Below, in pieces: positions 51,930-64,000 of a stretch of DNA of 64,000 nucleotides (position 1 is the first letter of the stretch; each line of letters opens with the position of its first letter). The stretch comes from Raillietiella orientalis. Lineage: Eukaryota. Location: the NCBI GenBank assembly GCA_036172245.1, contig JAYWIR010000027.1:496001-560000 (forward strand), given 5' to 3'. A program made the position numbers and the translations under genes. A model generated the notes under the pieces. The model was not told the origin of the DNA, ran no database searches, and saw nothing but the letters and a program-made list of their open reading frames with translations.

Positions 51930-53199
51930 TCGAGCCAGAAAAAGGATTCAAGGATTCAAGCGCACCTGGAGACTAAAGGAGTTGGCAAGCAAAGGCGAAC
52001 CCCTACGGCCTCCGTAAGCGTTCCTTACGCCGCTGGAAGGAGAGCAGCAGAGGAGCTGGCTGGCTGAAAAGTTCACAATGCTGGCGAATTTCCCGCTTGC
52101 TGAATGGTACACGAGGATCGTGCTCTGAGTGGTACATGGAAATCGAGCTTGCTGACGAGTACACTGAAAAGCGCATTAGCAGCATTCACGTGATTCCTGA
52201 CGTTTAGTGGTGCTTCGCAGGAAAAAAAATGGGCATTTCCCAGTGTCATCGCCCCTCCCGCTTTCAGGTGTCCACGGGTGACCTTTCGATTGCCGACTAC
52301 TAAGGAGAGGGGGGAGAAATCATTAACGGCAGTTCTGAAGGAGACATGTGAGCACTCAGGAGCACCAATGCACTCGTGGTGTCGGAAACATCCCACCAAT
52401 CTTTAAACCTTCCAGGTTCCTTTCCTTGCACACGTGCTTCCTTCTGCAGAGCAGGCGAAAGCACGTGTGCAATCGAAATTCGAAGATCCTGGAGCTTAAA
52501 CTGAACCCAGAAAGCAACCTCCAGTTCACGAAGAGAACGGAGATCCTTCAAAAAAAAAAATAAAAATACGATGGCGTGCTCTCCTGGAGGGTGCACAAAA
52601 TTGGGTCACGCGTACAGCTATGGCGTTCCGGATGTGCGGAATGTGAGTGTGACTGGGAATCCCCACCTGGGCTCAGTTTCCGAGAAACCAGAGCGACAAC
52701 CAGAAAGCAATACTTGGTTCCGTACGTTCCTTGTGTACTTCACATTGAACGAAGTCCCCCGTGGAATTCCTCCCAGCGAAGCAATCGACTGCTAAACACA
52801 CTTTGAAAGGACCTTTTCTTGTAGAACACAACTTGTGGAGTTCTACGAAAAAGAACGGATACAAGATTGAGCTTCAGAAGAAGCTACGTAGATCTGCTAC
52901 CAGCATCAAAAGATTTCATGGTGCTTTCGAGCAGCTTGTCTTCGTCATTCCTAATCACCCATCTCTTTCCAAAGAAAATGCTCCCTACCCTCGAGGCTGT
53001 AGGTGCAGTCGGATGGATATGTACGGAAGGAAAACGCTCATGCCAGTCAAGGCAACATAAAAAAAAAAAAAAAATCCACATTAACTACGCACAGCTGCCG
53101 AGGATCATGTAATTTCCTTCCTTGTTGTCACGACAAGCTGTCGAATAATGGTCTGATGCTTCATATAAAGACACCTCACTTAGCATCCACTTTTCCGCC

Positions 53200-55400
53200 A
53201 GATAGCCTACCCCGCCAATCACTTGCTTGAGGTTCGTGTGGCTCCGTGCATCCAGCTTCCAAGTCCTGCCGTGTGGCCTCCGTCCTTGTAGCTGCCAACA
53301 CCAAAGCGATTGCTTGGCGTATAGAAAACTTCAGGTGAGTGCGTGCTTCAAATGTGGTTACCTCGTGGATCTTACCTCGAGAATTATCTCGAAGATCCAG
53401 CCATACCACAAGCTCTTCTTCCCTGTACCAGGTCATCCCCGATAAAGAGCGCTTTCCGCCGAGTGATCATTGAGGACGCTTTCATCCAGCGCCTGCTTAA
53501 GGGGCAGACACAAACTAAGATTACTAAGCGCGTGGCTGGCACGCAGCTGCGCGAAGTGCAAATGGTCCAGTGCGCCTCGAAGAACTTGCGCTTTCCGCAT
53601 TTCCCTCTTTTGATGCACCTGAACGTTCACGGCGCTGCGATCCATGCAAAATCGTGTTTCCTGCAGCGGAAAGTTACTCCTGAGGAGCTTGTCGAAGAGG
53701 AAAAAAATCTGCTCCTCTTTCTGGCACGCTCAGCTGCCAACATCCTTTCCTAGCAGAAGCTGGTCAGTAGGAGGTACGCTCTATATCGGCGAATACATTC
53801 AAAGGTGCATCAAAGAGGCAACAGCTTCCACATCAGTGATCAGGGAGACAGAGAGACAACAGCGTGTTCGTGGCTTCACAGCACAACCAAATAAAATCAC
53901 ACAATACGAAAGCAGACAGTTGTTTTTTTCAGACACTCATCCGGTCTTCACGAATGAGAAGCGACAGAGGTCGTCTTTGGGTAAACAGTGCGCTGACTCT
54001 TCGGAAGCTAGGAGAGGTTTTTTAAAGGTATCCTCAATCTTTGCTTTCCGAGGAATCAAAGCTTTTTTGAGTTGCTTTTCCTCCGAGAGCAATGGATAAC
54101 GGCATTTAGGAACGAAATCCTTCGCCTGTTTCGCGTTACAGCAAAGCACATCCCAATCGCTCTGTGGGATTTCCGGATGGATGAGAATCGCTGATGCCTC
54201 TTCGAGTGGCTTCCATGGCAGCCGCGGCATAATCCTTCTCCCTAGCAGCAGCAAGGCATCCTTGGCTGCATGAGTTGGGGATGTTGCGAGCCAGCGAGGC
54301 GACTTTGTGGGTCGCCTGGCACTGCAGCAGCACCATCAGTTCAATGCTGCGCATTGCTTATTCAAGTAGAGAAAACCGTAAAATTCAATCCTCTGCAGCA
54401 TCCCAAATCATTTGCGAAGATCAGCATATTCAAGATTCGCTTTCCACAGCCAATAACTCTTTGTTTTCTTTTCAGCCATTGGCTTCTGAATTTCCGGATA
54501 AGCGCAGCGGCTAGACAAAAATGAGGTTGCTGATACTCGGTGTCGTGGTGCTACGGTGCTGCTCTCTCTATGCAGGAACAAAAAGGTACTTTTTTTGCAT
54601 TCGGACCTCCCTCTTCAAGCTGCTGTTGCGAATTTTTGCCCTGAATTGAATTTCGCGCATAGGGCCTTCATTTTCATTTTCAAGTGAAGAGGTGAGAATT
54701 TTTCTTTGCCAAAGCAAAGAACATCAATCCGCTTTCTCGGAAACCTAAGCATGGAGAACAGGCACTTTCCTGCCGTATTTTAGCATGCAATCCAATGGAA
54801 GCTTTCAAGGAATGCAAGACTTTCCCGTTCCAACGAGAGCGAGCGAATTCTTGAATTCACGTAACTCTTGTGCACGTCGCCTTTCTATAGCCTGCTCTTT
54901 GCAGAGGACCAGTTCTGCCTCAGCAGCCGCAGCATCGACGGTGGTTTGGATTCAGAAACAGCCTTGATTCACCTAGGAAACTCCATGCCTCGCATTCTGA
55001 ATAGCGTGCAAGTTCTTTCGTGGATACGGAGTGCTTTGTTCAGGCAAAGCCCACATTTCCAACACTCTTGAAATGCCAAACATGCGCAATCCGAGCTCTT
55101 CCACTCCACCTCAATTCCCTGCAAATTCTTGTGCCACAACGTATGCGCCATTCCACCTTGCATTTTCTTTTGGAGATGTGGATTAGTTCATTTCAACCGA
55201 GGGAGCTTTGAATTTCGATTTTTCACTAAGAATAGGGATACTGCTTTCAAGGTCAGCCAAAAGATGTTTGCTCTCCCTTCGGTCAACCGTTGTGACGGAG
55301 CAGTCCGTGCAGTGCCGCCATCCTGAAACGGGAGTCCTCTCCATTCGATGCACTTTTCCTTTCACGCCATCGTTTCCTGTTGATCTTCGAGTGATTCATT
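53200..55400 (-). pseudogene. Decayed RLE-type non-LTR element (RT to RLE)
   Basis: GKCGK...H...C knuckle remnant, VVWLDL, and a terminal GLGSW (GxLGSW motif ending RLE ORFs); weak RT motifs upstream. Confidence 0.5.
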
Positions 55401-55799
55401 CATTCATCTTTTGGCTTGATGCGGGGGGGGATGAGCTGTATGGCAGCTGGCAAATGCGCTGCAAGAAGTCGAGGATCACGTCCTCACAGCCAGCCAAGCA
55501 CGAGTCCAGATCAAAACTCCTTGTTGCGGAATCCGGTATGAGTAATTCTGACTAGCAATTGGGATATTCTCTACCGGATTTTCGTGTTTTGATTGATTTT
55601 AAATGTTTGCCACACTCTCACTGGTTGTCGCCATCGCAGAACACTCCGCGCCCCCGCACACATCGTGCTGAATACTCAGGAAAACGGAGGTGGTGCTGTC
55701 CACCTGGGTTCCTCCCACGTAAAGCAGCTTGAAAATTGGAAAGCGCGAGGAAAATCACCCGAGAAGACGGACGGTTGGTTCGAGATGCCGGTCTTCACT

Positions 55800-58700
55800 G
55801 ATGGGGAGGTGAGTCATCTTTCTTTCCCTACTTGTGTGTGTCTCAGGGGCACGTGAGCTTCACATTTGGAAAGCGTAGTACTCACAACGTGCTGCCACGG
55901 TTCCGTTAGCACTCGGACGTTTCCTCGAAATATCGGGGATCATTCGTGCTTTGGTCTTCCGGCCACATTATGTAAATTCGAAGTGGCGGCCAAAGACAAA
56001 CTCCGAACCATTCCGCTTCTTTCGCATGGAGCCCGTCATGCAGACATCATCCGCTGAGCGTTGCCGTGGAAAGGCGGTTGAGTTCTGGGCAACTGGAGCG
56101 AAATCTGCGACTATACCGTATAGGCAACCGGACGCTCTCGTTGCTACCTGGCACTCCTTCGAGTGCGACAGCGAGCGTAGCTGAAGACTGGCAATGTGGC
56201 AACGCAGCAGCCTCCACTGCTTGGTGCATGGAAACCGCAAAGTGACCGGTTGCACAACGAAGGCCCAGCTCCAGCAATTTGCGCAGCAGCTCATCAGTGA
56301 GCTGTGGGCGTGGCTGACGGAGCGGACTGTGCAGTTCATTCGCTTCCCTTGTTCTCGAAAATGACCCGAGTCTTCCAGCTCATTCTTTTCCTCGCTTAAA
56401 TCGTGAAGTAATCTGATGAGTGCATCTGTTGAAACGTAGTTTAGGAGTAGCACAACGGTCGCCTGAGAAACGAGCACATCGCAGCCTTCCAGTAGGATGA
56501 GACCAAATCACTCGCGAGCAGAACGTCTGCCTTCAGCCATAACAAATGTAGAAAAGGGTTGCGAGCAATTTGCAGTTCCGCGTGGCGAGCTGAAAGTTTT
56601 CCATGCTCATCCTTTTCAGTTCCTACATCTACAAATGAAGGTGGGAATTCCAGAGAGGGTGGTTTCCATCCTTCCTTGTGCAAGCAGCGCCAGCATTGTA
56701 CTGACTGAGCAGCTTGAATATGGTAAGACGGCGCAGATTACTGTATCACTAAATGTCCTGTATGTTTCAAGGGTATACACTAAAGGATTCGTACACTTTC
56801 CGCAACTTCAGCGAACGCACTTCCAAGATAAAAGTGGGCAACTCTGAGGGCACTTATAGAGCCACTTTTGGAGAAGATGACATTAGGGTGAGCTTCCATA
56901 TGTAAATTGCTGTACAGAAAGGAGAGCCCTTTTGACAAATAACTGTGAGCTGCAGCTAGGAGAAGATGCCGTGTCATCCTTTTTCTGTTTCCAAATGAGT
57001 CTGCAATACGTTTACTTCAGGTACTTGGTATTCCATGCATACACATAAGGGCTCCAGTGTAATATCAAAAAGTAGCCCTGAGAGAGGGCACCCCTGTTCA
57101 ACTCCCCTTGCAAGGGGTATAGGAGATGATAGACCTTTGGAGGTGACGATCTGGGTAGTATTTTCGGAGTACATATGACAAATAAGCTCCGTGCAACTAT
57201 CACCAGCACCACTTAGTATAGTTGCAAACGCATCTTTCAAATCAATCCACGCTATATTTAGTGGTTGATGATGTCCCTTGCAATAATCCATTTGATACTG
57301 AGCATAAAGTTGTGCTCTAACACTCCATCAAATGGTAAAAAGCCCTTTTGATGCGGGCCGAGGATATGGTTGGAGGTAATCCAATCACGCAGCCTTCTAG
57401 CCAAGCATTTGGCAAAGATTTTGCCGATCGTCCTGCTAATTGGTATAGGGCGGAACTGCGAGGGGTCTTCTGCTTGCTCAGTTGAGGTTTTAGGAATGAG
57501 TATCGACTCTTTCCACTCTTGGGGTATGCGCCGATGCGCTAAACAGATGTTGTATGTTGCCTTGAGAAATCGGCATTCAAGTTTTTGGAACGCGGAATAG
57601 GGGATGCCATCCGCTCCAGGGGCAGTTCCAGGGAGTCGTTCTCGGTTTTCGGCAGTCCAATGAGGACATGGGTTTCCAGCTTGTGTTCATGGAAGCTCCT
57701 CTCCTTTACTTGCAGATGGAAAATCTGGTTCTCATCAATCAGAAGTTCTGGCAGTTGCGTAAATGGCCGATCAAAACGGAGCAATCTTTCGTTTACCATG
57801 GACTCGTTGGTCTCTCTCCGAAGCTGCTCGATGCTTCGTGCAAGACAGCATCGTGGTTTTGCAAGCTGAAATCCATGAATCCAGAAATGCCCCTCACGTT
57901 TTCCATGCAACATCTCGGCAGGTAATGCGCCAGCACAGAGTCGCTGTGACACGATTGCATGAAACCGTTATTATTTAGAACAGAATTGAGGCAAATTTTA
58001 TGCTGCGGTCTTTCCTCTGGCTTTCTTTTTGTAAGACCGAAGCATCCCACATGACTCCTTTTGTGCACAAAGTAACTCTTAAGAAAGCTGTTATAAAATT
58101 TTGTTGGGTGTCTAGGCTTTGTACCGAGAGAGGTCGCCAAGGAGGTTCACGGTCTTCGACGAGCCAAAGTCCCGACACAACAAAATTCCTGAAATCCATA
58201 TCCTTGCATTTGCCATCTGCTCTTATTCGAGGCTCTTCCGTCTGTAAATCTGATAAATGCAAACCTTTCGCCAGCTCGCATGATGGCCCACAAGCAGAAC
58301 TTCAAGCAGTGTGCATCTATTCACATTGAGCGAACTATGTCTCCGGAGTAGAGGCCAACCTCTACAAATCTTCTTCGATTCCGTGCTTTCTTGGATGGCA
58401 CGCAAGCTGCATTTGAGACACCACCCCGTTCACTTGGGTCATCGGATGCCGCTTCTCATTTCCACCAGTGCAGAGTGCGAACGGTCTCTGCCAAAACGTC
58501 AAACGGTTAAAGCCAAACCCGTGCTCCCTCACTATCACTCACTGTCACTCCAGAAGTATGAACCGGGGACCTTCCTTCCTTCTCACGTTCTGACCTTTTC
58601 GTCCCTGTGAAAGGTCGACATCGCAAAACACCTGACGCGATGAAAATTCCCTAAAAGAATTGACTTGTTGGCTCACAGCGAGAGTCTTTTGATCTGAAGC

Positions 58701-59250
58701 GCTGCAAGAAAATTTCGCAGTTGCATTCCGCCTGAACTGACTCCGGCAGAAAAGCGCCTCCGGCAGAAAAAATTGAGTGGACGGCAGCCTCGGTCGACTG
58801 CGTGGAGGGAAGATGACGCTTCCTTTCCCTTGCCTGACTTCGGAAGCGCCGTCAGATTGGGCAGCTGCCCAAGCACCCTTCCTTTCACGGGAGGACAAAA
58901 TTGGTTTTGCGCAGGATCGGATTCTCTGGCAACTCGCAGCATTCGCACTGCACGCTGTATCAGAACGAGCGATAGAAGGGAAAGCACGTGCTTGGAGGGG
59001 AAATCGTGGGAAAACGTTCTTCTGTGATTCCGGGTTGCGAGGAAACAGCAAAGAACGAGAATGCTTACGGAACGCGTGCAACGCGTTGCTGGCGAACGTA
59101 GAAGAGCACATCATTGCGATGAGCTTCCGCATGGAGCGGAGAGAGGAACTGCAGGCTCGTCGAAGATCAGATCCGAGGGAAGTTTCGGCCTTGAAGGAAG
59201 GGCGAGGGTGATGAGAATTTTGTGCGCGGAGCCACAACTTCCTCAAAAAG
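55800..59250 (-). pseudogene. Near-full-length decayed Utopia/NeSL-like retrotransposon
   Basis: EWKESILIPK..DPSQFRPI..ARRLRDW...HQKGFLPFDGVLEHNF; AWIDLKDAF; GVEQGCPLSGLLF (ORF 56974..57291); EQGKRMNC...WAF (ORF 55968..56477). Confidence 0.85.
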
Positions 59251-59305
59251 AGGAAATCAGGTCGCACATAAGCGCGCATCGTATAGAAGGAAACAAAGGG
59301 TGAGA

Positions 59306-59321
59306 TGTGTGTGTGTGTGTG
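59306..59321. repeat. (TG)8 microsatellite
   Basis: Read directly. Confidence 0.9.
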
Positions 59322-59429
59322 GCTTGGGGCTGAAAGCATGGGGGTCGTTGCTGATTGCCTCATAGGTGGGATTCTACGGGCATGAGTGCTTTAGGTAGCG
59401 CGTTCACCACAAATTAACTGACCGTTGTG

Positions 59430-60050
59430 GTTGCTCGTGTGGGCAACATCGTCCTCCATATTGAGAAAAGAACGACTACAAATAGCGACTCTTCAGTTGG
59501 TATCCGCTACGTCACTACTTACTTGGGACATACTTTGCAGGACATTCCACGGACATCAAGTTGGAGTGCTCATCCTAGGGCGTCGCCTCGCAACCAGTTC
59601 TTTGCTGTATCAAAAGACTGCTGACAACTCGCGGTGGAGCTTGCCAGTGCAGAAGTACGATGATGTGCGCGCGCACTTCACACCAGCTGAAAATTTCTCC
59701 TCCTCCTAGGTTGACATTGGGCACTCACGTAATCTGCCAAGCATGCCACGCGGTTTTCGATTTCAGCTTCCTAGGGCTTGGCCTTTCCGAAGCGGATTTC
59801 AGGAAATACAGTTCAGCTTTGGGTGCGGAACACAATGCCCCACTCCAGGTAAGTGAGCACTCGCTGCTTTTCTAGGAATCAGGAATTGAGTAGATACCTT
59901 GTTCCCTCAACCGATACAGCCTTACACTCACCATAAGTGGCAAAGCCTTCCAGTTGTTTCCCAACGAGGTGTTCGCCGAGGTAATTGTCTTTCCCGCCTC
60001 TGACACCACCAAAGAAATTTTGCAGATTTCCTCTGAACCTGGAAGGCCAA
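59430..60050 (-). pseudogene. Possible very decayed RT (RTE-like)
   Basis: Weak motifs only: ..SVRLYRL.., FLKSA, NMEDDVA (YxDD-like). Confidence 0.25.
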
Positions 60051-62299
60051 TCACGTGCGAGTCTCTGATAAGGCCATACCCAGTGAGGGAAAAGACGATC
60101 ATCTTAGGAGATCTCTTCACCAGTTATTTTCCCACAGTTTTCGACTTGAAAGCAAAGAAGATCAGCATAGGTAAGAGGATCGGCATTGATACTTAGAAAA
60201 TACCTTGCAAACAGGGGAGCGCGTGCGGCATCCTTAGCACGAGATGGTATGTGCCAATGGCTTCATGCATGGATTCACACTGCAACGGAACCATGAAAGA
60301 GTGTATGAATGTCCATGAAATACCCATCCGGATTCCACGATCGCAATCCAGCGCGCAGATCAGGAAAGGAAAATAAATGATTTGCTCTCCACGTGTTGCT
60401 TGCGAAGGTTGAGCAATACAGAGCGGAAATTTTTTTGCCCACCTTGGTACCATTCATTCCCCTAGGGGGTTACGTACACTGAAATCACTGTTCAAATGGT
60501 TCTGTGTCTACAGAAGTATACGCTGCACGTGAAGACTGCGAACGGAAGCAAAAGCTATTTCCCTCCAAAAGAACTCACGGAGTAGCAGAGCGATGGCGCG
60601 GTGGTACGCGTCAGACTGTCTACCAACTTGTGGCACCATTCACTGACATTAATGTTTCTCTCGCGGCGTTTCCAGTGTTAGATCCCTCATAGCTGCAGCC
60701 TCCGTCTTTCATGCAATGAAGTTGCACGGAAGCAAGAGACCCAGGCGATCTTCATCGCCAAGAAAAAAAGAAAATCTTTCGGAGCTCCCACTCGGATGTA
60801 GCCAAGCTTCCGTGAATGAACGAGAAAGGATGTTGATTCTTCAGGCTCCTGTTGCGTGGAAGAGACATGCAGGAACGTACCAGTGGGTTGTCCAATGCAG
60901 TGCGCTGGAGCTGGTTTTCTCAGTTGTTACTTCTCCTGCCTCGTTCCATCATCAGCGAGCTCTAACCCGAATGCTTCACAAGGCGTTTTTGAAGAGAGGT
61001 GTGGTCCGTTGTTCTATTTCTTCAAAGAAGAAGGGGCAGCAAACAAAGAAGAAGAGTGGGGAGAAGAAGAGCAACGAAGAAGCTTTTCCTGGCGGACCAT
61101 GCAAGCAAGAGAAAGTTTTCACATGGGAACGAACTTCCAAGCTCCGCCGTTTAGATACAGCCACACCTGAATTTTCGCTCTTGTGAGAGTCATCAGTGAA
61201 ACTTGTGGAACGGATGCTCGTGAGAAAATCATCCGCTGGTGCTCGAGCACATCTTTAGAACTTCGACACGGTTGTGACGTTTTCGAACTGCGGAACTCCA
61301 AGCCTTCGGAGTGTGTTACTGGTCCACGGCTCTTGTTCAGGAAATTGGAGGTCCAGAGAAACAGATGTGCGGATGCTTGGAAGAGGGACCAGTAGCTCTT
61401 GAAACTGAAATGAACCGAAACTCTGCATCGGGATGCTCGAAAAAGTTCCTCCTAGGAGCTTGCACCGGCACTTCAAGGCATCAAGGCTCCAAAGGACGCG
61501 CATTCGCAAATGCTTTGCAAATAAATACTTCAAACTGTGGTTTCGCACACAACGTACTTTCTGGCATCTCGTATGTACACTCGTCATGGACATGTCCAGA
61601 ACCTTGTGTAGACCGTAAGTTCGCAGACACCAATCCGGTATTTCCTGCCTCTTTTTTCTTTCAATCGTTTTTTTCAGCCACTCCCCCTTTTTTACCAGTT
61701 CTCTGAATGATCCCGATTTTTGTTTTTTGTTGCCTGGAGTGCAAGTACCATCCGCAGCTTCAGCAGCTGAGCTATCTTCATTCGAACTGTCTGCCGTCCG
61801 TGATGGACGCAATTGCATGTGCAACATCAAATAACATTTATAATGCCAAATTCTAAACATATCCACTTATCAAACACTGAAAATGCAGGACCATCAAAAT
61901 CGGAAAAGAGAACAAACCATCTACGGAGTGTTGCAAATGACGAGAAAATGAAGTGCAAAAAACCTTCGCTCTTCCGCCCTCCCCCCTCACGATTACATGA
62001 CTTTTCATTTTCAAAAAATTCGGTAGTCACATATTCATTTAATACATACAAGTGCTGGCCTTCAAAATGCTCAACTGATACGCATGGGGGTGTCCGCAGG
62101 ATGTTTTGCAAAGGAGGGGAGGGGGGTGGCAAATCCGACAAAAGAAAGGACAGCTTAGTACACTCCTGTTTTGCAAGAGCAGGGATAAAAACACGGCCGT
62201 GCGCCGGTACATCCAGAAGCTACACAAATAACTTTTTTACACATTTATCTATAACTATTTACAAACATACATCATTGATGCCATAATATAATATTTGGC

Positions 62300-64000
62300 T
62301 CTTCGAAATCTTGCTTTGGTAATGGCAAGGCGCAGTGGGGACTTTTTCTTGGGTGGTCGATGGTCGCTCTCCTGATGGTGCCTCAACCAGGATGTAACGT
62401 GCGGAGCTGCGCCAAAGTCTTTTTCAGATTTTCCTACCAAATTAATAGTCATTAAGTGACTTGCTGTCTCCGTTCGTATGGAATTTATTTTCATATCAAT
62501 AACGTTATTCACTGCACTGATTCCTCTTTCAGCTTCGGCGGCATTAGCAGCAGTAACTCTGAAAATAAATTGAATGAATTTTCGAAATTCTTTTGGCTCT
62601 GAAAATGCCATTTGGAACCTTTTTACATTCCATATCTCTACTATCAACAAAATCCCGAAACTCTTTCAGTGAAACGTTGCGTTTTAGAATTCTCTTCAGC
62701 TGCCTCGGTCGATCTTCTCCTTCGATCCATGGCGCTTCACAAACATCACCCGACCAAGTTTCAGGACTTGAGGAATTTCGGATAATCCAAAATGAGGTAA
62801 TCCATTGCATTTTTCATTCCTGTCGTCGAATAGCACACGCATTTCCATAAGTTGTACTTTACAATCGAAAGATTCATCCCTCGCAAATTCAACGGATCTC
62901 TTGGTTCTATTAACTTGAAATGGAATATTGTGCTTTTTCGTTTCTATAATGATATCTTTTGCTCCTTTTTCATGATTTCCTCTATCTGATTCTAGATGTT
63001 TGATTCCATTTGTTCTTCAGCAAATGGATCTGTCTGCTCTGATAGCTGGAATATTTCCTTCCGGCAAGGCCGTGGAAAATATCGAAATTTCTTCGGGAAT
63101 GTCATTTATCAAGGCTAAATGTCTTTGAAGAGTTTTCGTTTTCGAAATAAGAAATTTATTTCCACTTTATGGTTTTGATTGAAGTGAATATCCAAAGCCC
63201 GATGTGATTTCCAAACTGCTTTTGCGGCCCCGGCAACGCAGACTGCTGCCCAACGATCCCTGAATATTCTTCCCATTCCCAGTACTTCATTCCCAAGCTC
63301 CTTGGAAACTTTTAATTTATTCCTCTCTGATGTCCATTTGACGTTGTGAAAACGAACACGCAATTTATCGAGAAAATGCCTAAAGTGGTTCAAACGTCCT
63401 CGGGTTACATCTTTGATTGTCTGCAGGCAACTGAATGAGACGAGCTGGACCGTGCCCAAGTGCAAGCACCAGGAAATTTTCCTTGGACTTTCGCCGGAAT
63501 CCCATGACTCTCCCCCTCGCATCCCACTGGCGCCGTCTGCGCAAGCTCCCACGAGATTTCCTTGCGGGCACTTTTCTCCAAAGCCATCTTTTACGGAGAG
63601 ATGGGCATTTTCGAAACGATCCCTGACGCCGTCCCTTCGAATTCAACGAGATCAATGAAAACCGCAGCATCATCTTCAAAACGCAAAATTTCCGATTTCA
63701 AATAAACTATTGAAACGCTGTCATGTAAAAGAGTTGAGGCTCCGTCGATTGCTCCTAACTGAGATTTTGCAGCCTCCAGTCATCAATTTTCCAAAAATCT
63801 CTTTTCTCCTTTCTGCTGAGATGTGCTTCGCGCCGAATGGAACCAAAAAATCTCCAATGTAATGGAACTCCCAAACCTACATTATTCTTTCCTCGTACAG
63901 TTTCCAAAACCACGACATGATGAATTTTCAATAATGAAGCACACAGTATTAAAAACATGTACGGTACGATGTAAATACCATGAGCCGAATCAGTTATTTT
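62300..64000 (-). pseudogene. hAT transposase pseudogene, KIAA1586/ZNF862-like group; runs off the window end
   Basis: GACADGASGM, NHFRHFLDKL, GRIFRDRWAA..AKAVWKSHRAL..HF (ORF 63115..63552) and AEAERGISAVN...HLMTINLVG (dimerisation domain, ORF 62255..62650); frameshifted. Confidence 0.85.

Noticed and set aside
61173..61196. Hammerhead-like CTGATGA-stem-GAAA on the minus strand (similar cores near 122-133 and 56413-56435)
   Set aside because: Stem II lacks its closing G-C pair, and I could not build stems I and III with a cleavage triplet.

Overview
Eukaryotic (probably invertebrate/ecdysozoan) transposon graveyard with no intact host gene that I can support. The left part holds a head-to-tail array of a ~5.46-kb unit (1671-15216, about 2.5 copies, open to a 100-N gap). 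After a 3.3-kb spacer there is exactly one inverted copy of the same unit (18530-23997). Retroelement motifs run uninterrupted across both ends of the inverted copy but are cut and fused at the array junctions. The inverted copy is therefore the native locus, and the array is a concatemer of that segment (circle/rolling-type amplification, or an amplification/assembly artefact). The rest is a dense patchwork of decayed elements: L1/Tx1-like, Utopia/NeSL-like RLE, CR1/Jockey-like and RTE-like non-LTR elements, a Ty3/Gypsy RT-RNase H and hAT transposases. Most lie on the minus strand. There are also two 5' fragments of U2 snRNA, the known target of Utopia and Keno elements. Motif calls were read by eye across frameshifts and stops, so boundaries of decayed elements are approximate.
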